This document shows positions 54,847 to 64,000 of a stretch of 64,000 nucleotides of DNA, in pieces; positions within the stretch are counted from its first letter, which is position 1, and each line of letters opens with the position of its first letter. The DNA is from a virus. The stretch lies in the IMG/VR virus record IMGVR_UViG_3300045988_134537; one strand, given 5' to 3'. Made by a program: the position numbers and the translations under genes. Below the pieces are notes generated by a model, which saw nothing but the letters and a program-made list of their open reading frames with translations, had not been told where the DNA came from and searched no databases.

Positions 54847-55935
54847 TCAAATAGCTGCATTCCCGTTGTTGCAACCATTATTGCATCCGCAACTATTGTT
54901 GCAACAACCTCCATTGTATCCACCAAATCCTTGATACGGATAACCACCATAGCCATTACCAGCAAACGGATTGCAGACTAAATAACTCGGAACGGGACAA
55001 GGACGAATTTGGTTGACAATGTTTTGAGTTTGAGCTTGCTGTGCCGAGAACAATTCCAACGTCTGTTTCTGCTCACGCAACGAATCAATTGTATGCTGCA
55101 TTTCCCTCTTTTCCAGATCACAGAAAGCGTTCTGAATTTGCTGAGATTGAGCATCAAGTTTAGCAGACAAGATATTGAATTGGCTTGTAGCTTGCTCACG
55201 ATTGTTAGCCAGACCTTGGTTGAGACCGTTCTGCAAGATATTGGTTTGTTCCAACGTTCGAAGCTGGTTATCAAAACCTTGCTGAGTAATCATTCCCTGA
55301 GTCTGGCAAGTGCTTTGATTGATTAACGAACTCAGATTGCAGCAGCAAGAGCTGATTTGATTTCCTATTTCACAACCTTGTTGTTGAACTGCGTTGATAA
55401 CAGCCTGAGAAGTCATACCTACCTGACCAGCTACTTTATCAATAGCACCCTGTACGTTGCAGATAGCGTTCTGAAGTTGAGTAGTAGAACAGTTCAAAGC
55501 AGAAGCAATCTGATCTATGGCGCTACGATTACCTTGAATTGCCTGCATCAAAAGTTCACGACCGTAATCGTTATTCAACTGAGCCGGCAAACCATTGGCA
55601 CAACAATCACCGCCATTTCCAAAACCGTTACCGAAGCCGCGTCCACCCCACAGCCAGAACAAAACAATTATCCAGAGCCACCAACCGTTAGCCCCGCCGA
55701 AACCGTCCTGGTTGTTACGACCGTTCATCAAAGCCGCCACCAGATTAGGATCCATTTTATTACCACCTATCAAATTAGCAAACATGCCGGGAATCATTGA
55801 AAGAAGACCGTTGGTAGCTGCTGCACCACCGCCGTTAGCCCCGGCTCCATCTAAAAGGACGATTTTATCACCACCCATAATTTTATAGTATTTAATTGTT
55901 AAACATACGTGCATGAAGCACGTAACAAAGATCAT
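54847..55935 (-). CDS. Gly/Asn/Gln-rich protein with internal TM helix (WWLWIIVLFWLW) and Cys-rich C-terminus (CCNNSCGCNNGCNNGN), 362 aa
   Basis: Track ORF; composition. Confidence 0.55.
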   Translation of the reverse strand: MIFVTCFMHVCLTIKYYKIMGGDKIVLLDGAGANGGGAAATNGLLSMIPGMFANLIGGNKMDPNLVAALMNGRNNQDGFGGANGWWLWIIVLFWLWGGRGFGNGFGNGGDCCANGLPAQLNNDYGRELLMQAIQGNRSAIDQIASALNCSTTQLQNAICNVQGAIDKVAGQVGMTSQAVINAVQQQGCEIGNQISSCCCNLSSLINQSTCQTQGMITQQGFDNQLRTLEQTNILQNGLNQGLANNREQATSQFNILSAKLDAQSQQIQNAFCDLEKREMQHTIDSLREQKQTLELFSAQQAQTQNIVNQIRPCPVPSYLVCNPFAGNGYGGYPYQGFGGYNGGCCNNSCGCNNGCNNGNAAI

Positions 55936-56058
55936 GATTGTAAGGTGGAATATGGGTGTATTTATTTCCTATAGAAGAGAAGTATTTTCAGAAAAGACAG
56001 AAACAAAAAAATAGGTAGTGTTTTTTTTGTTCTTTTAAAACACTACCTGTAAACAAAC

Positions 56059-56943
56059 TCAAGCAAATTTACCATATTTTAAAAATACATTTTTGAGTTT
56101 TCCTTTTATGCCATTGAGGGTCACTTCGTATCCAGATCCTGTCATGTAGATAGTTTGTTGATTAACTCTTTCACCAGAATATTTATCAACAAAATAAGAC
56201 CTATATACTCCATATCCTTTAGCTACAACATTGCTATATAGTTCCCATTTTCCAAGACCGTTTCTAAACATAAACTTAGCTTCTTCAAGAAATGATCGAA
56301 GATTCTTTTCGGCGATAATAACACCATTCTGTTCTAACTTTTTAGCAATATCACGAATCAACCACATATTATTATGGTCTACTTTCCTAAAAGACTCGGC
56401 AAATTCCACATCAGGTTTATGCTCTTCTATTGTTTTCAAGGCTTGTTGCTTCTCTGCCTCTGCCTGCGACTTTTCAGCTATAGCTCTCTGAGCAGCTTCA
56501 TACTGATCAGCCCATGCCCTTGCCGCATCTGCTGGATTAGAAAAGTCAGGAACCAAAATTCCCTTGCCGCCTGAACTTGTTTTGTATTCTCCTGTTTTAC
56601 GAATAGAAGGAAGAACCTCAGATGTTACCCATTTCTTAAATCTCTTAGCAGACTCTAATTTTGAAGATAATATAAGAGAATATAAACCAGATTCATTAAT
56701 TATTCTTATACTATCTATATATCTGGTTTTCAATATAGATCGTTTTACGCCCCATTGATTATCAGATACTTGCAAAAGCATAGAATCATCATCATCTACA
56801 TGTCTTTTTACCGCATCTTTAGCATTTATATATCCAAGAGATTTAGCCACATCTGACGCCACAAACCAAACATCTCCTTTTGGATCTACAATAATTCTAA
56901 GCTCTCCAAAATCCGAACTTTCAAAAACAGAAACTTTATCCAT
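56059..56943 (-). CDS. Bro-N domain protein (phage antirepressor-like)
   Basis: FGELRIIVDPKGDVWFVASDVAKSLGY ... ESGLYSLILSSKLESAKRFKKWVTSEVLPSIRKTGEY. Confidence 0.85.
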   Translation of the reverse strand: MDKVSVFESSDFGELRIIVDPKGDVWFVASDVAKSLGYINAKDAVKRHVDDDDSMLLQVSDNQWGVKRSILKTRYIDSIRIINESGLYSLILSSKLESAKRFKKWVTSEVLPSIRKTGEYKTSSGGKGILVPDFSNPADAARAWADQYEAAQRAIAEKSQAEAEKQQALKTIEEHKPDVEFAESFRKVDHNNMWLIRDIAKKLEQNGVIIAEKNLRSFLEEAKFMFRNGLGKWELYSNVVAKGYGVYRSYFVDKYSGERVNQQTIYMTGSGYEVTLNGIKGKLKNVFLKYGKFA

Positions 56944-57230
56944 GATAAAAAAAATAGGCCCAAAAGAGAATGTCAGATCCCACTATGACAAACCCTAATG
57001 AGCCAAAAATATCTTTCAACATCAAACAACCAGAGGTGGGATCTCGTTGTTCATTGTTTCTGAAACAAAGATAGGAACAGGATCTTAAATAGCAAATATT
57101 TTAATACTTTTTAAATCAAACCAGGGCCCGCATCACTGCGAACCCTGATCTACACTAATCTAAACTAATACCATGAAAAACTTAAATCTAAAAACTAAAG
57201 AACACACAAATGTATGAAAATGTATGCTTT

Positions 57231-57428
57231 TCACAAAGAATCTGTATCCTGTTCTTTGGTATGGTTAAATACATGGGATATAGTTCTGATACTTAATCCG
57301 GTTTGATTTTGTATCAGATTATAAATATAGGATTTTGAAACTACAGTTCTTAATTGACCTAAATCATTCATAATGTTTTTATACATAAGATGAATGCTGT
57401 TGTTACGTTTGATGGTACTGATTCTCAT
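57231..57428 (-). CDS. hypothetical protein (65 aa)
   Basis: Track ORF in a gap between larger genes. Confidence 0.35.
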   Translation of the reverse strand: MRISTIKRNNSIHLMYKNIMNDLGQLRTVVSKSYIYNLIQNQTGLSIRTISHVFNHTKEQDTDSL

Positions 57429-57654
57429 TTCCTACTGTTATTAGTTACGTTCGGTTCTTACTTTTTCCTTATTTCCATAATCCCTTCCTGAAACTAATAT
57501 CGCAAACTTAACAAAAAATAATCCATAAACAATGAAAACCTAACTTTTCTTGTATGTTATTGATATACGTACATATATGAGAAAAGTGAGACTTTCACAA
57601 GCCTCACTTCCCAAATTGTGATTATGAAAAAACTATATCATATATATACAAAAA

Positions 57655-59913
57655 TTATTTGCATTCTAATTTATTAAGATCACCTAATTCAGACTTGCTT
57701 ATGGTCATGTCTTGTGTCAAGCCAGATCTGTTTTGGTATGGAGCATAATCGGTTTCTACCGTCTTAGCCTTCTGAGTAGAATCGTATTTCACCTCCGATT
57801 CGGTCCCTGTCAGATTTTGGTAGATAGATCCGGAACTGCTCTCGCTTACTTTAGTCCAGATCTTGTTACCTACTCTTATAAAATTATCATAAATACCTTC
57901 GGCTGTTATAACACCATCTTGCTCTACGATATTAGGACCCGATTTTTCCTTTAACAAATACGGGTGCCTGGTGTAAAAATAGTGTTCAAAATCATTCCCG
58001 GCATACGAAGAGTCATACCTCTCTAAATAAAACAATTTTGATAAAGAAGGGTCGGTGCTGGTCATGCTATAATCAAACAACATCAACCTGTCTTTTCCAG
58101 ATAAAGATAATTCTATTGATTTCAAAATATCAGGATCATCAGAAATAAGACCCAAAGATGGACCAGGTTTGAAGTCAAGATACTTATAGGCATTATCATA
58201 TAATTTTGTTTTATGGAGTTTGTTGTCAAGGTAAGATTGGTATAAATCGAATAAGGATAATGGGTTTTCGCTATCTTGTTTTTTGTTCATGTACCGACTA
58301 AATTCCCGATCCACATCCGCGTAAGAAACATCAAGTACCGCCGGATGCCCAAACGCCATCCTGGTCATTACCATGTCCTCCGTGTTCTGAGAATCCATGA
58401 ACGATCTGACGTATTTTTTAATGGAATCCATGAGCGTATTATCATCTACGTTCCGTACTTTCTCTTTATCCAAAACGCCGTTCTTAAAACAAGATTCAGG
58501 ATATATTTTAGCAGGAAAGTGAGTTAGGTCGTGCTTGGCTAACACTGTTGATATTTGATACATCTCGTTAAGATCATCTTTGCTGATCCTTTGATATAGA
58601 TTATCTCCTACCTTAAGCAATGAATGTTTCTCAAATGCCTCTACTGGGTCTATATCGGATTCAGAATAAACGATATTCAAATTATCCATATACTCCGGTA
58701 ATAATCCAAAATAATAATCTGTGCTATCACCAAGAACATCGTCTATAGAAGATGCCAGCGTAGGAGCATAATTCACATCATTGTGCCTGGCCACATAAAT
58801 ATCAAGATCCAGCATCAAATTATCTATCTTATTCAAAGATTGTTCTGTGCCATCATAAGTTTCCGATGTCCCTATTATATCTATACCAAACCACGTACAA
58901 GCCTCTTCTATATCCCATATCATGCTTCTTAAATCAGATTCGGTGTCAGCGTTAGCCCTATTTAAATAAGCTGATATACGAGCTCTTAGAAATTCTATTT
59001 TACCGGGATTATAATAAGACAGGTCTTGTAGCTTAGATAAAGATCTTTTCTTCCCTTCTACCACATCATCACCTTCTATGTTTATTACCGGTATCTTTTC
59101 CATAGATGAAAACTCATCAAACATAGATTCAGCAAATTTTTTATCAGAAACAAATTTCTCGACCAGCTCAGGATACAGGTTCCTCAACGATTCAAAAGCA
59201 GATGAAAATTCAGAAAAGTTTTTTATGCCGCCTACTGTTTTGCACATAGCCCAATAAAGCTCAGAAGGATTATATGGTACTTTTTTACCAAATTGGTTAA
59301 ACACTCCCTCCTTGTAAACAATAGGACCATACTGATAGTCAATAGACATAAAATAATTATCTTTTTCCCTATCATGTTCGTTATTGGAATAATCCAATAA
59401 CTTCCTCATGGATGTCGAAACTTCATTAAGAACAGAAGGGTCAGATAAGATTCTACTTATCTCTGTTTCATTATACAAGCCTGATCTTCTTAAATTCTGC
59501 TCATTCAGTATCAAACTACCATCTACATAAAAATAATGAAGAATGATGTTGGATAATGATGGTGCCGTATAAACACCATAGGTAGATAAAAGAAAATCTC
59601 TTACATCCTTAACATCCTGATCCGTTAGAGGATCGGCAAAATAAGTTTGACGCTTCATATACGACAGCACGTCTTCTAAAAGAGGTTCACCATTGGAATC
59701 GGTATTAAACATCTCCCCTGGAGCCGGGTTATTCCAATGACCGTAATACGACAAAAAACCAGGAGTGTAAGCCTTAGCCCATACCTGAAGAGCCCGCTCA
59801 CTGTTTCCTAATAATTTTAAGGCGCTTTCGTAAAGAACGGAAGACTCCCCGTTAGGGGCCTCAACCCGTTCTATTTTATTTTCCTTCTTTTCTATCTGAC
59901 ATTTGACACCCAT
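57655..59913 (-). CDS. large hypothetical virion-associated protein (about 752 aa from the first ATG; track ORF 57655..59934 starts at TTG)
   Basis: Track ORF. Confidence 0.8.
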   Translation of the reverse strand: MGVKCQIEKKENKIERVEAPNGESSVLYESALKLLGNSERALQVWAKAYTPGFLSYYGHWNNPAPGEMFNTDSNGEPLLEDVLSYMKRQTYFADPLTDQDVKDVRDFLLSTYGVYTAPSLSNIILHYFYVDGSLILNEQNLRRSGLYNETEISRILSDPSVLNEVSTSMRKLLDYSNNEHDREKDNYFMSIDYQYGPIVYKEGVFNQFGKKVPYNPSELYWAMCKTVGGIKNFSEFSSAFESLRNLYPELVEKFVSDKKFAESMFDEFSSMEKIPVINIEGDDVVEGKKRSLSKLQDLSYYNPGKIEFLRARISAYLNRANADTESDLRSMIWDIEEACTWFGIDIIGTSETYDGTEQSLNKIDNLMLDLDIYVARHNDVNYAPTLASSIDDVLGDSTDYYFGLLPEYMDNLNIVYSESDIDPVEAFEKHSLLKVGDNLYQRISKDDLNEMYQISTVLAKHDLTHFPAKIYPESCFKNGVLDKEKVRNVDDNTLMDSIKKYVRSFMDSQNTEDMVMTRMAFGHPAVLDVSYADVDREFSRYMNKKQDSENPLSLFDLYQSYLDNKLHKTKLYDNAYKYLDFKPGPSLGLISDDPDILKSIELSLSGKDRLMLFDYSMTSTDPSLSKLFYLERYDSSYAGNDFEHYFYTRHPYLLKEKSGPNIVEQDGVITAEGIYDNFIRVGNKIWTKVSESSSGSIYQNLTGTESEVKYDSTQKAKTVETDYAPYQNRSGLTQDMTISKSELGDLNKLECK

Positions 59914-60211
59914 AGTGATAAATATTTTGGACAAAGGTACTATAAAAAATATAAATCATGATAATTTAACCAACAAAACCACCATACTCTAGAAGGACCA
60001 ACTCTTTTATTTGAAGTTTTAGCCTTATTCTCTACTCCCTTCAAAGATATAGTAACCTTGCTCTTGTATTCAATATCCCTTCAGTTGCAAACTCCTTCAC
60101 TTACGTTTCCAACAAATCTGTCATCAACATAAACCTCTATATCCCCCTGCTGATTGGTCTTCAACTGGTAAGAAACAAGACTTGAAGTATCTTCGTATCT
60201 CCTTCTCATAC

Positions 60212-63200
60212 TCAACACTCCTTATTTAACTCATTTATAGAATCTGAATTATCAGATTTTTTTACAAGATTCTTATTCCTGTCTATCTCTTCCTGACTCA
60301 TGTTTCTTATCATGTTCTGTATTTCTCTTCCAGATTGTAATAAGGAACGTATAAATTCACTGGAACTTATTTTAACTCCAAGATCGGGTTTAGCCCTGAA
60401 CGCCTCACCGGTGTTGATGTTGTACAAATCATACAAACCTGAGTTCATGTAGAATTTGTATATCCAGTTTCCACCAGCTTTTTTGTATCCTAATTTGGTT
60501 AGCTCAGTTACACTCATGCCAAATTTAATGCCATTACGAGCTATTATCTTCTCTGGTATAGATTCTACCTTAGCCGGAACAGATATATATGCTTCGTTAC
60601 CGCCATACAAGAAATAAGGAGATGTTACCCTTGATATCGGAGGAAACACTTCTTCGGCTATATAAGGTTTATCTTTTGCAACCTTAGACCCTTGCTTTGG
60701 ATTGGATATTCTAATAAAAGGATTGTAAGTCATAAAGGTTAAACCGTATTCCACCTTATATCCCGACACGTTATTGAGGCTCCTTATAGCTTTAACTGTA
60801 TGATTATGGGCAATAGTATCTATCCCATATCTGGATTCCATATCAGTCATGATATTATTAACCTCATCTCCTTCTACATAAATCTCATCTCCTTCTTGAA
60901 TAGAGGTTATGCCGGCAGCCCTTCTAAGTAGCCATAAAGTAACTTCAGCAATGTCAGAGAACTTATCTCCGTTCTTCCTATAGTTATCTACTCTTCCTTC
61001 TTCAGATCCAGGTAATTCGACATTTCTTTCAACTTCGACATTTGTTCTGGATTGTCCTTTGCCTTCTCCATCTCCCTTTTTATCGCCATCTTCCTCAGTG
61101 CGTACTGCACCGCCTTCTGCACTTCCTTCTTTTCCATCATTTAAAATATTATCTGATTCTGACTCTATAGACTCCACGACAGCATCATACTCTGGTATGC
61201 CGCTAAGGAAATCTGCTACGTTATTCAAAAACTCTATTTTTTCCTCGTTTGTCATATCAAGGCTTTCCACGGGCTCCCATATGGCAGGCAAGTTGTTTGA
61301 TTTTATTGCAGTAGAAACATCTTCTACAGTTTTATTATCCACCGTAGGCAAAACTTTAGAAACCAAACTATTGATATCAGATTCCATTTTTTCTACTTCC
61401 TCTTTTGTGCCATATTCTTTTAGGGTATCCATGCCATTGACTCTAAGAGAATAATTCAAAGCCTTGCTTGGAACAAAATTAATATATTTCAAAAAGTTTT
61501 TCAACTCTGATATAATTTGTTCGTCAGATCTTGGCCCAACATAATCAACCACCACCTGATCTGTTTGAGAACGAAGCCAAGAAACGTATTCTTCTAAGGT
61601 CTTACCACCTTTACTGGAAGGAGTGGATATTTTATCACCTACTGTTCCTTTAGGTTCTAATCCCATTTCTTCCTTAAGGCTTTTAGGATTACCTCTCTCA
61701 CGAAGAAACCTCAAATCACCTCCTACAATCTTCCTTGCTATAAAATCAAAAATATTAGCATAAGACGGCAATCCTTCTTTTTCTATATGAGATTCTATTT
61801 CGTTTAACATAAGAGAGAAGTTTTTCCTGGAGGTACGCTTCTTGCCAGGTAAAGACCGCGCAGCTTGTGCCGCAGGAGTCGGCTGAGCTAATGGCGCCGG
61901 CTGAGTCTCCCGGACAGCCCCTTCCTCTGGCATTTCCTCTTCATAAACATCCACGTCTTCTTTAGAAGTAACGGTCTTACCCTCATCAGAGAAAGGAAGA
62001 TCATCCTCTATAAGTGATTTAGGTCTGGAAGATGATTTACCAAACTGAATCCTGATCTTAGGAGCAACAAACATCTCACCTTCGAAATCTATTCCAGATT
62101 CTACTTCAGACGTCACAATGTCTTTCACACTCCTACTTCCATCTTCTACCCACTTAACAACATCAGGAACTGTAGATAATTTTTCTATAGCCTCACGAGC
62201 TTTTCTAAGCCCTGAAATAGGATTCAAATACGATACTTGATACGAAGCCGGATCAAGACCTAACTTGGTTAGATACGCATTAAGATCTTGTATATCATCT
62301 TGACCCATCTGTAGCAATTCAGAATCACCGGATTCAAGCAGCATATCTATAAAAGACATCCATTTCTGCCCTTCCTCTGATTCCACAGAACGTAGGCTAA
62401 CTGGGAAAAGATAATTAAGACCGTTTTTACCTTTGATGACAACTACCGGAACTCTTACATTTTTGTAATTATTCCCCTTGTCATTTAATATAGAATAAGC
62501 AAATGGGAAGCCTGTGTATTTAGATCCGTTCTTAAGCACGACTTTACCATTTAATACATATCCGACATCAGATACTTTTTCAGCACCTTTTTCGGTAATA
62601 GGGAGATTTTCTACCTGGCCATATCCTTGACCGTTCACCTTCATGTTAAACACCGGTCTTCCGGGAAGGGTCTGGGCAACAACATGCGTGCCGACGCCGA
62701 TGGTAGCCGACCGGCCGGCGTCCTTCTTCCACTTGTTAAAAGCCGTTCTTCTTATTTTACTTATACCATCTATGCCTCCTGTATCAGCTTTTACAACAGA
62801 AACGAATCTGTTCCCACTCATGACCTTGATAACCATATTGGATACCAGTTTATTCTCAGCAGATTCTATTCTTTTTTTATCGCCGGACTGAACAGCGTCA
62901 TTGTATTCGGCAAAAAGAGACTGATTATAGGTATCATTTACATCTATTTCGAGATTAACCTTATCTCCTTTTTTCAAAGAAGATAATGCTTCCTGATCTA
63001 TTTTATCTACCTCATTCTCTCCGAATCCGACACCTGTTCTGTACGGAACCAATTCATCTGAATCAAGACGCTTATAAACCAAAGAATAGGAATTACCCAC
63101 GTCCTGAATAGACACGTCTGTGTAACGGTTAATAACACGAGCCGATTCTTTGTCTATAGACCATCTCGCATGATAAGGCAGTTCTATCACGGTAGCCGTT

Positions 63201-63949
63201 TCTCCACCTATGTTAAGAGAATACCTTTTAGTGCCATTAGCGTTCGTTTCAGAGCTTATTTGAATAGGAACCAATGATTTTATAGAAGATATAAATTTAT
63301 CAGCTCTAAGACCTGCAATTTCATACCTTTCATTGCCGTCATTGGAGATTCTTCTTACCATCAACGTCTCTGGATTCTGGACGCTATCTATGTTAGCTCC
63401 CGGTGTATTGTCAGATTCGTCTAATTCATTTACAAGAGAATCTATATTAACATCATCCTCTCCAAAATTACTTAACGTAGATTCGGAAATACGACCTTTA
63501 TCAATAATCCTGTTTTGTTCGATATAAGGAAGGAGATCTGTGATGTTTCCAACCTGGCCAAGATCTTCTATGGTAAATACCGAATCGGCAAGCTCATCTT
63601 CGTCAACCTTCTCCCCTTTATCCCGTCTGTTCATTATGTCAACATACGAAGAAATAGCATCATCAAGCTCCTTCCTTTGATCTGGTTCTAAATTGGATTT
63701 AGCCATATCAATAATAGCTTTATTATCCTCATACACAGATCTCGGACTTGTAAGCCTATCAGCCTTCTCAGATAATGATTTTATGAGATTAACAGGACTG
63801 TCACCCAAAGACGATACATAATCATCAAAATCTTGTTTATATTTATCATACACATCTTTTTCTCTCGCAGTAAGAAGATCGGCATTACCTGTATATAGTT
63901 TATCAATTATAGACTGCCTTACGGCCGGAACCATAATAGGATTATCCAT
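60212..63949 (-). CDS. giant virion-associated protein, at least 1245 aa; frame remains open upstream to the window end (...KESPLTESVSDEDYEAA then MDNPIM), so the N-terminus probably lies beyond the window
   Basis: Track ORF; hand-translation of 63950-64000 shows no stop. Confidence 0.85.
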   Translation of the reverse strand: MDNPIMVPAVRQSIIDKLYTGNADLLTAREKDVYDKYKQDFDDYVSSLGDSPVNLIKSLSEKADRLTSPRSVYEDNKAIIDMAKSNLEPDQRKELDDAISSYVDIMNRRDKGEKVDEDELADSVFTIEDLGQVGNITDLLPYIEQNRIIDKGRISESTLSNFGEDDVNIDSLVNELDESDNTPGANIDSVQNPETLMVRRISNDGNERYEIAGLRADKFISSIKSLVPIQISSETNANGTKRYSLNIGGETATVIELPYHARWSIDKESARVINRYTDVSIQDVGNSYSLVYKRLDSDELVPYRTGVGFGENEVDKIDQEALSSLKKGDKVNLEIDVNDTYNQSLFAEYNDAVQSGDKKRIESAENKLVSNMVIKVMSGNRFVSVVKADTGGIDGISKIRRTAFNKWKKDAGRSATIGVGTHVVAQTLPGRPVFNMKVNGQGYGQVENLPITEKGAEKVSDVGYVLNGKVVLKNGSKYTGFPFAYSILNDKGNNYKNVRVPVVVIKGKNGLNYLFPVSLRSVESEEGQKWMSFIDMLLESGDSELLQMGQDDIQDLNAYLTKLGLDPASYQVSYLNPISGLRKAREAIEKLSTVPDVVKWVEDGSRSVKDIVTSEVESGIDFEGEMFVAPKIRIQFGKSSSRPKSLIEDDLPFSDEGKTVTSKEDVDVYEEEMPEEGAVRETQPAPLAQPTPAAQAARSLPGKKRTSRKNFSLMLNEIESHIEKEGLPSYANIFDFIARKIVGGDLRFLRERGNPKSLKEEMGLEPKGTVGDKISTPSSKGGKTLEEYVSWLRSQTDQVVVDYVGPRSDEQIISELKNFLKYINFVPSKALNYSLRVNGMDTLKEYGTKEEVEKMESDINSLVSKVLPTVDNKTVEDVSTAIKSNNLPAIWEPVESLDMTNEEKIEFLNNVADFLSGIPEYDAVVESIESESDNILNDGKEGSAEGGAVRTEEDGDKKGDGEGKGQSRTNVEVERNVELPGSEEGRVDNYRKNGDKFSDIAEVTLWLLRRAAGITSIQEGDEIYVEGDEVNNIMTDMESRYGIDTIAHNHTVKAIRSLNNVSGYKVEYGLTFMTYNPFIRISNPKQGSKVAKDKPYIAEEVFPPISRVTSPYFLYGGNEAYISVPAKVESIPEKIIARNGIKFGMSVTELTKLGYKKAGGNWIYKFYMNSGLYDLYNINTGEAFRAKPDLGVKISSSEFIRSLLQSGREIQNMIRNMSQEEIDRNKNLVKKSDNSDSINELNKEC

Positions 63950-64000
63950 AGCAGCCTCATAATCTTCATCTGATACAGACTCCGTAAGCGGTGACTCTTT

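Overview
AT-rich (roughly mid-30s % GC) double-stranded DNA phage segment. Its architecture fits a crAss-like (Crassvirales-type) phage of a Bacteroidota host: about 40 kb of densely packed, mostly small + strand genes (early/middle region with a replication module), followed after a strand switch near 40.3 kb by about 24 kb of − strand genes including giant proteins of 2140 aa, at least 1245 aa (cut by the window edge) and 759 aa. Several intergenic sites match the Bacteroides-type promoter pattern TTTG-N19-21-TAnnTTTG. The taxonomic call is an inference from architecture only.

Family-level calls I can support:
- DnaB-family helicase
- TOPRIM/zinc-ribbon primase candidate
- SF2 DEXH helicase
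- Cas4/RecB-like PD-(D/E)XK nuclease with a C-terminal Cys cluster
- MazG-like dNTP pyrophosphohydrolase candidate
- acyl carrier protein immediately upstream of an NfeD-like + flotillin/SPFH gene pair
- Bro-N antirepressor
- free-standing NUMOD4/HNH_3 homing endonuclease on the opposite strand of the structural block
- DUF2829 (Tad2-like anti-Thoeris sponge) domain protein whose ATG lies in another frame across a T8 tract

The first 3.4 kb is largely non-coding and repeat-rich: a 27/33-nt tandem array cut by the window start, palindrome clusters, a GC-rich structured segment, and 50-bp tandem repeats. Three copies of a composite hairpin + tRNA-like minihelix element (all carrying a GGTTCGATTCY T-arm) sit just upstream of early genes, and their hairpins belong to a family sharing the loop motif CTGTGAAGATAG. 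No canonical tRNA, rRNA or CRISPR array could be supported. Most small ORFs are hypothetical.

Coordinates of non-ORF features carry ±1-2 nt uncertainty, especially near homopolymer runs.
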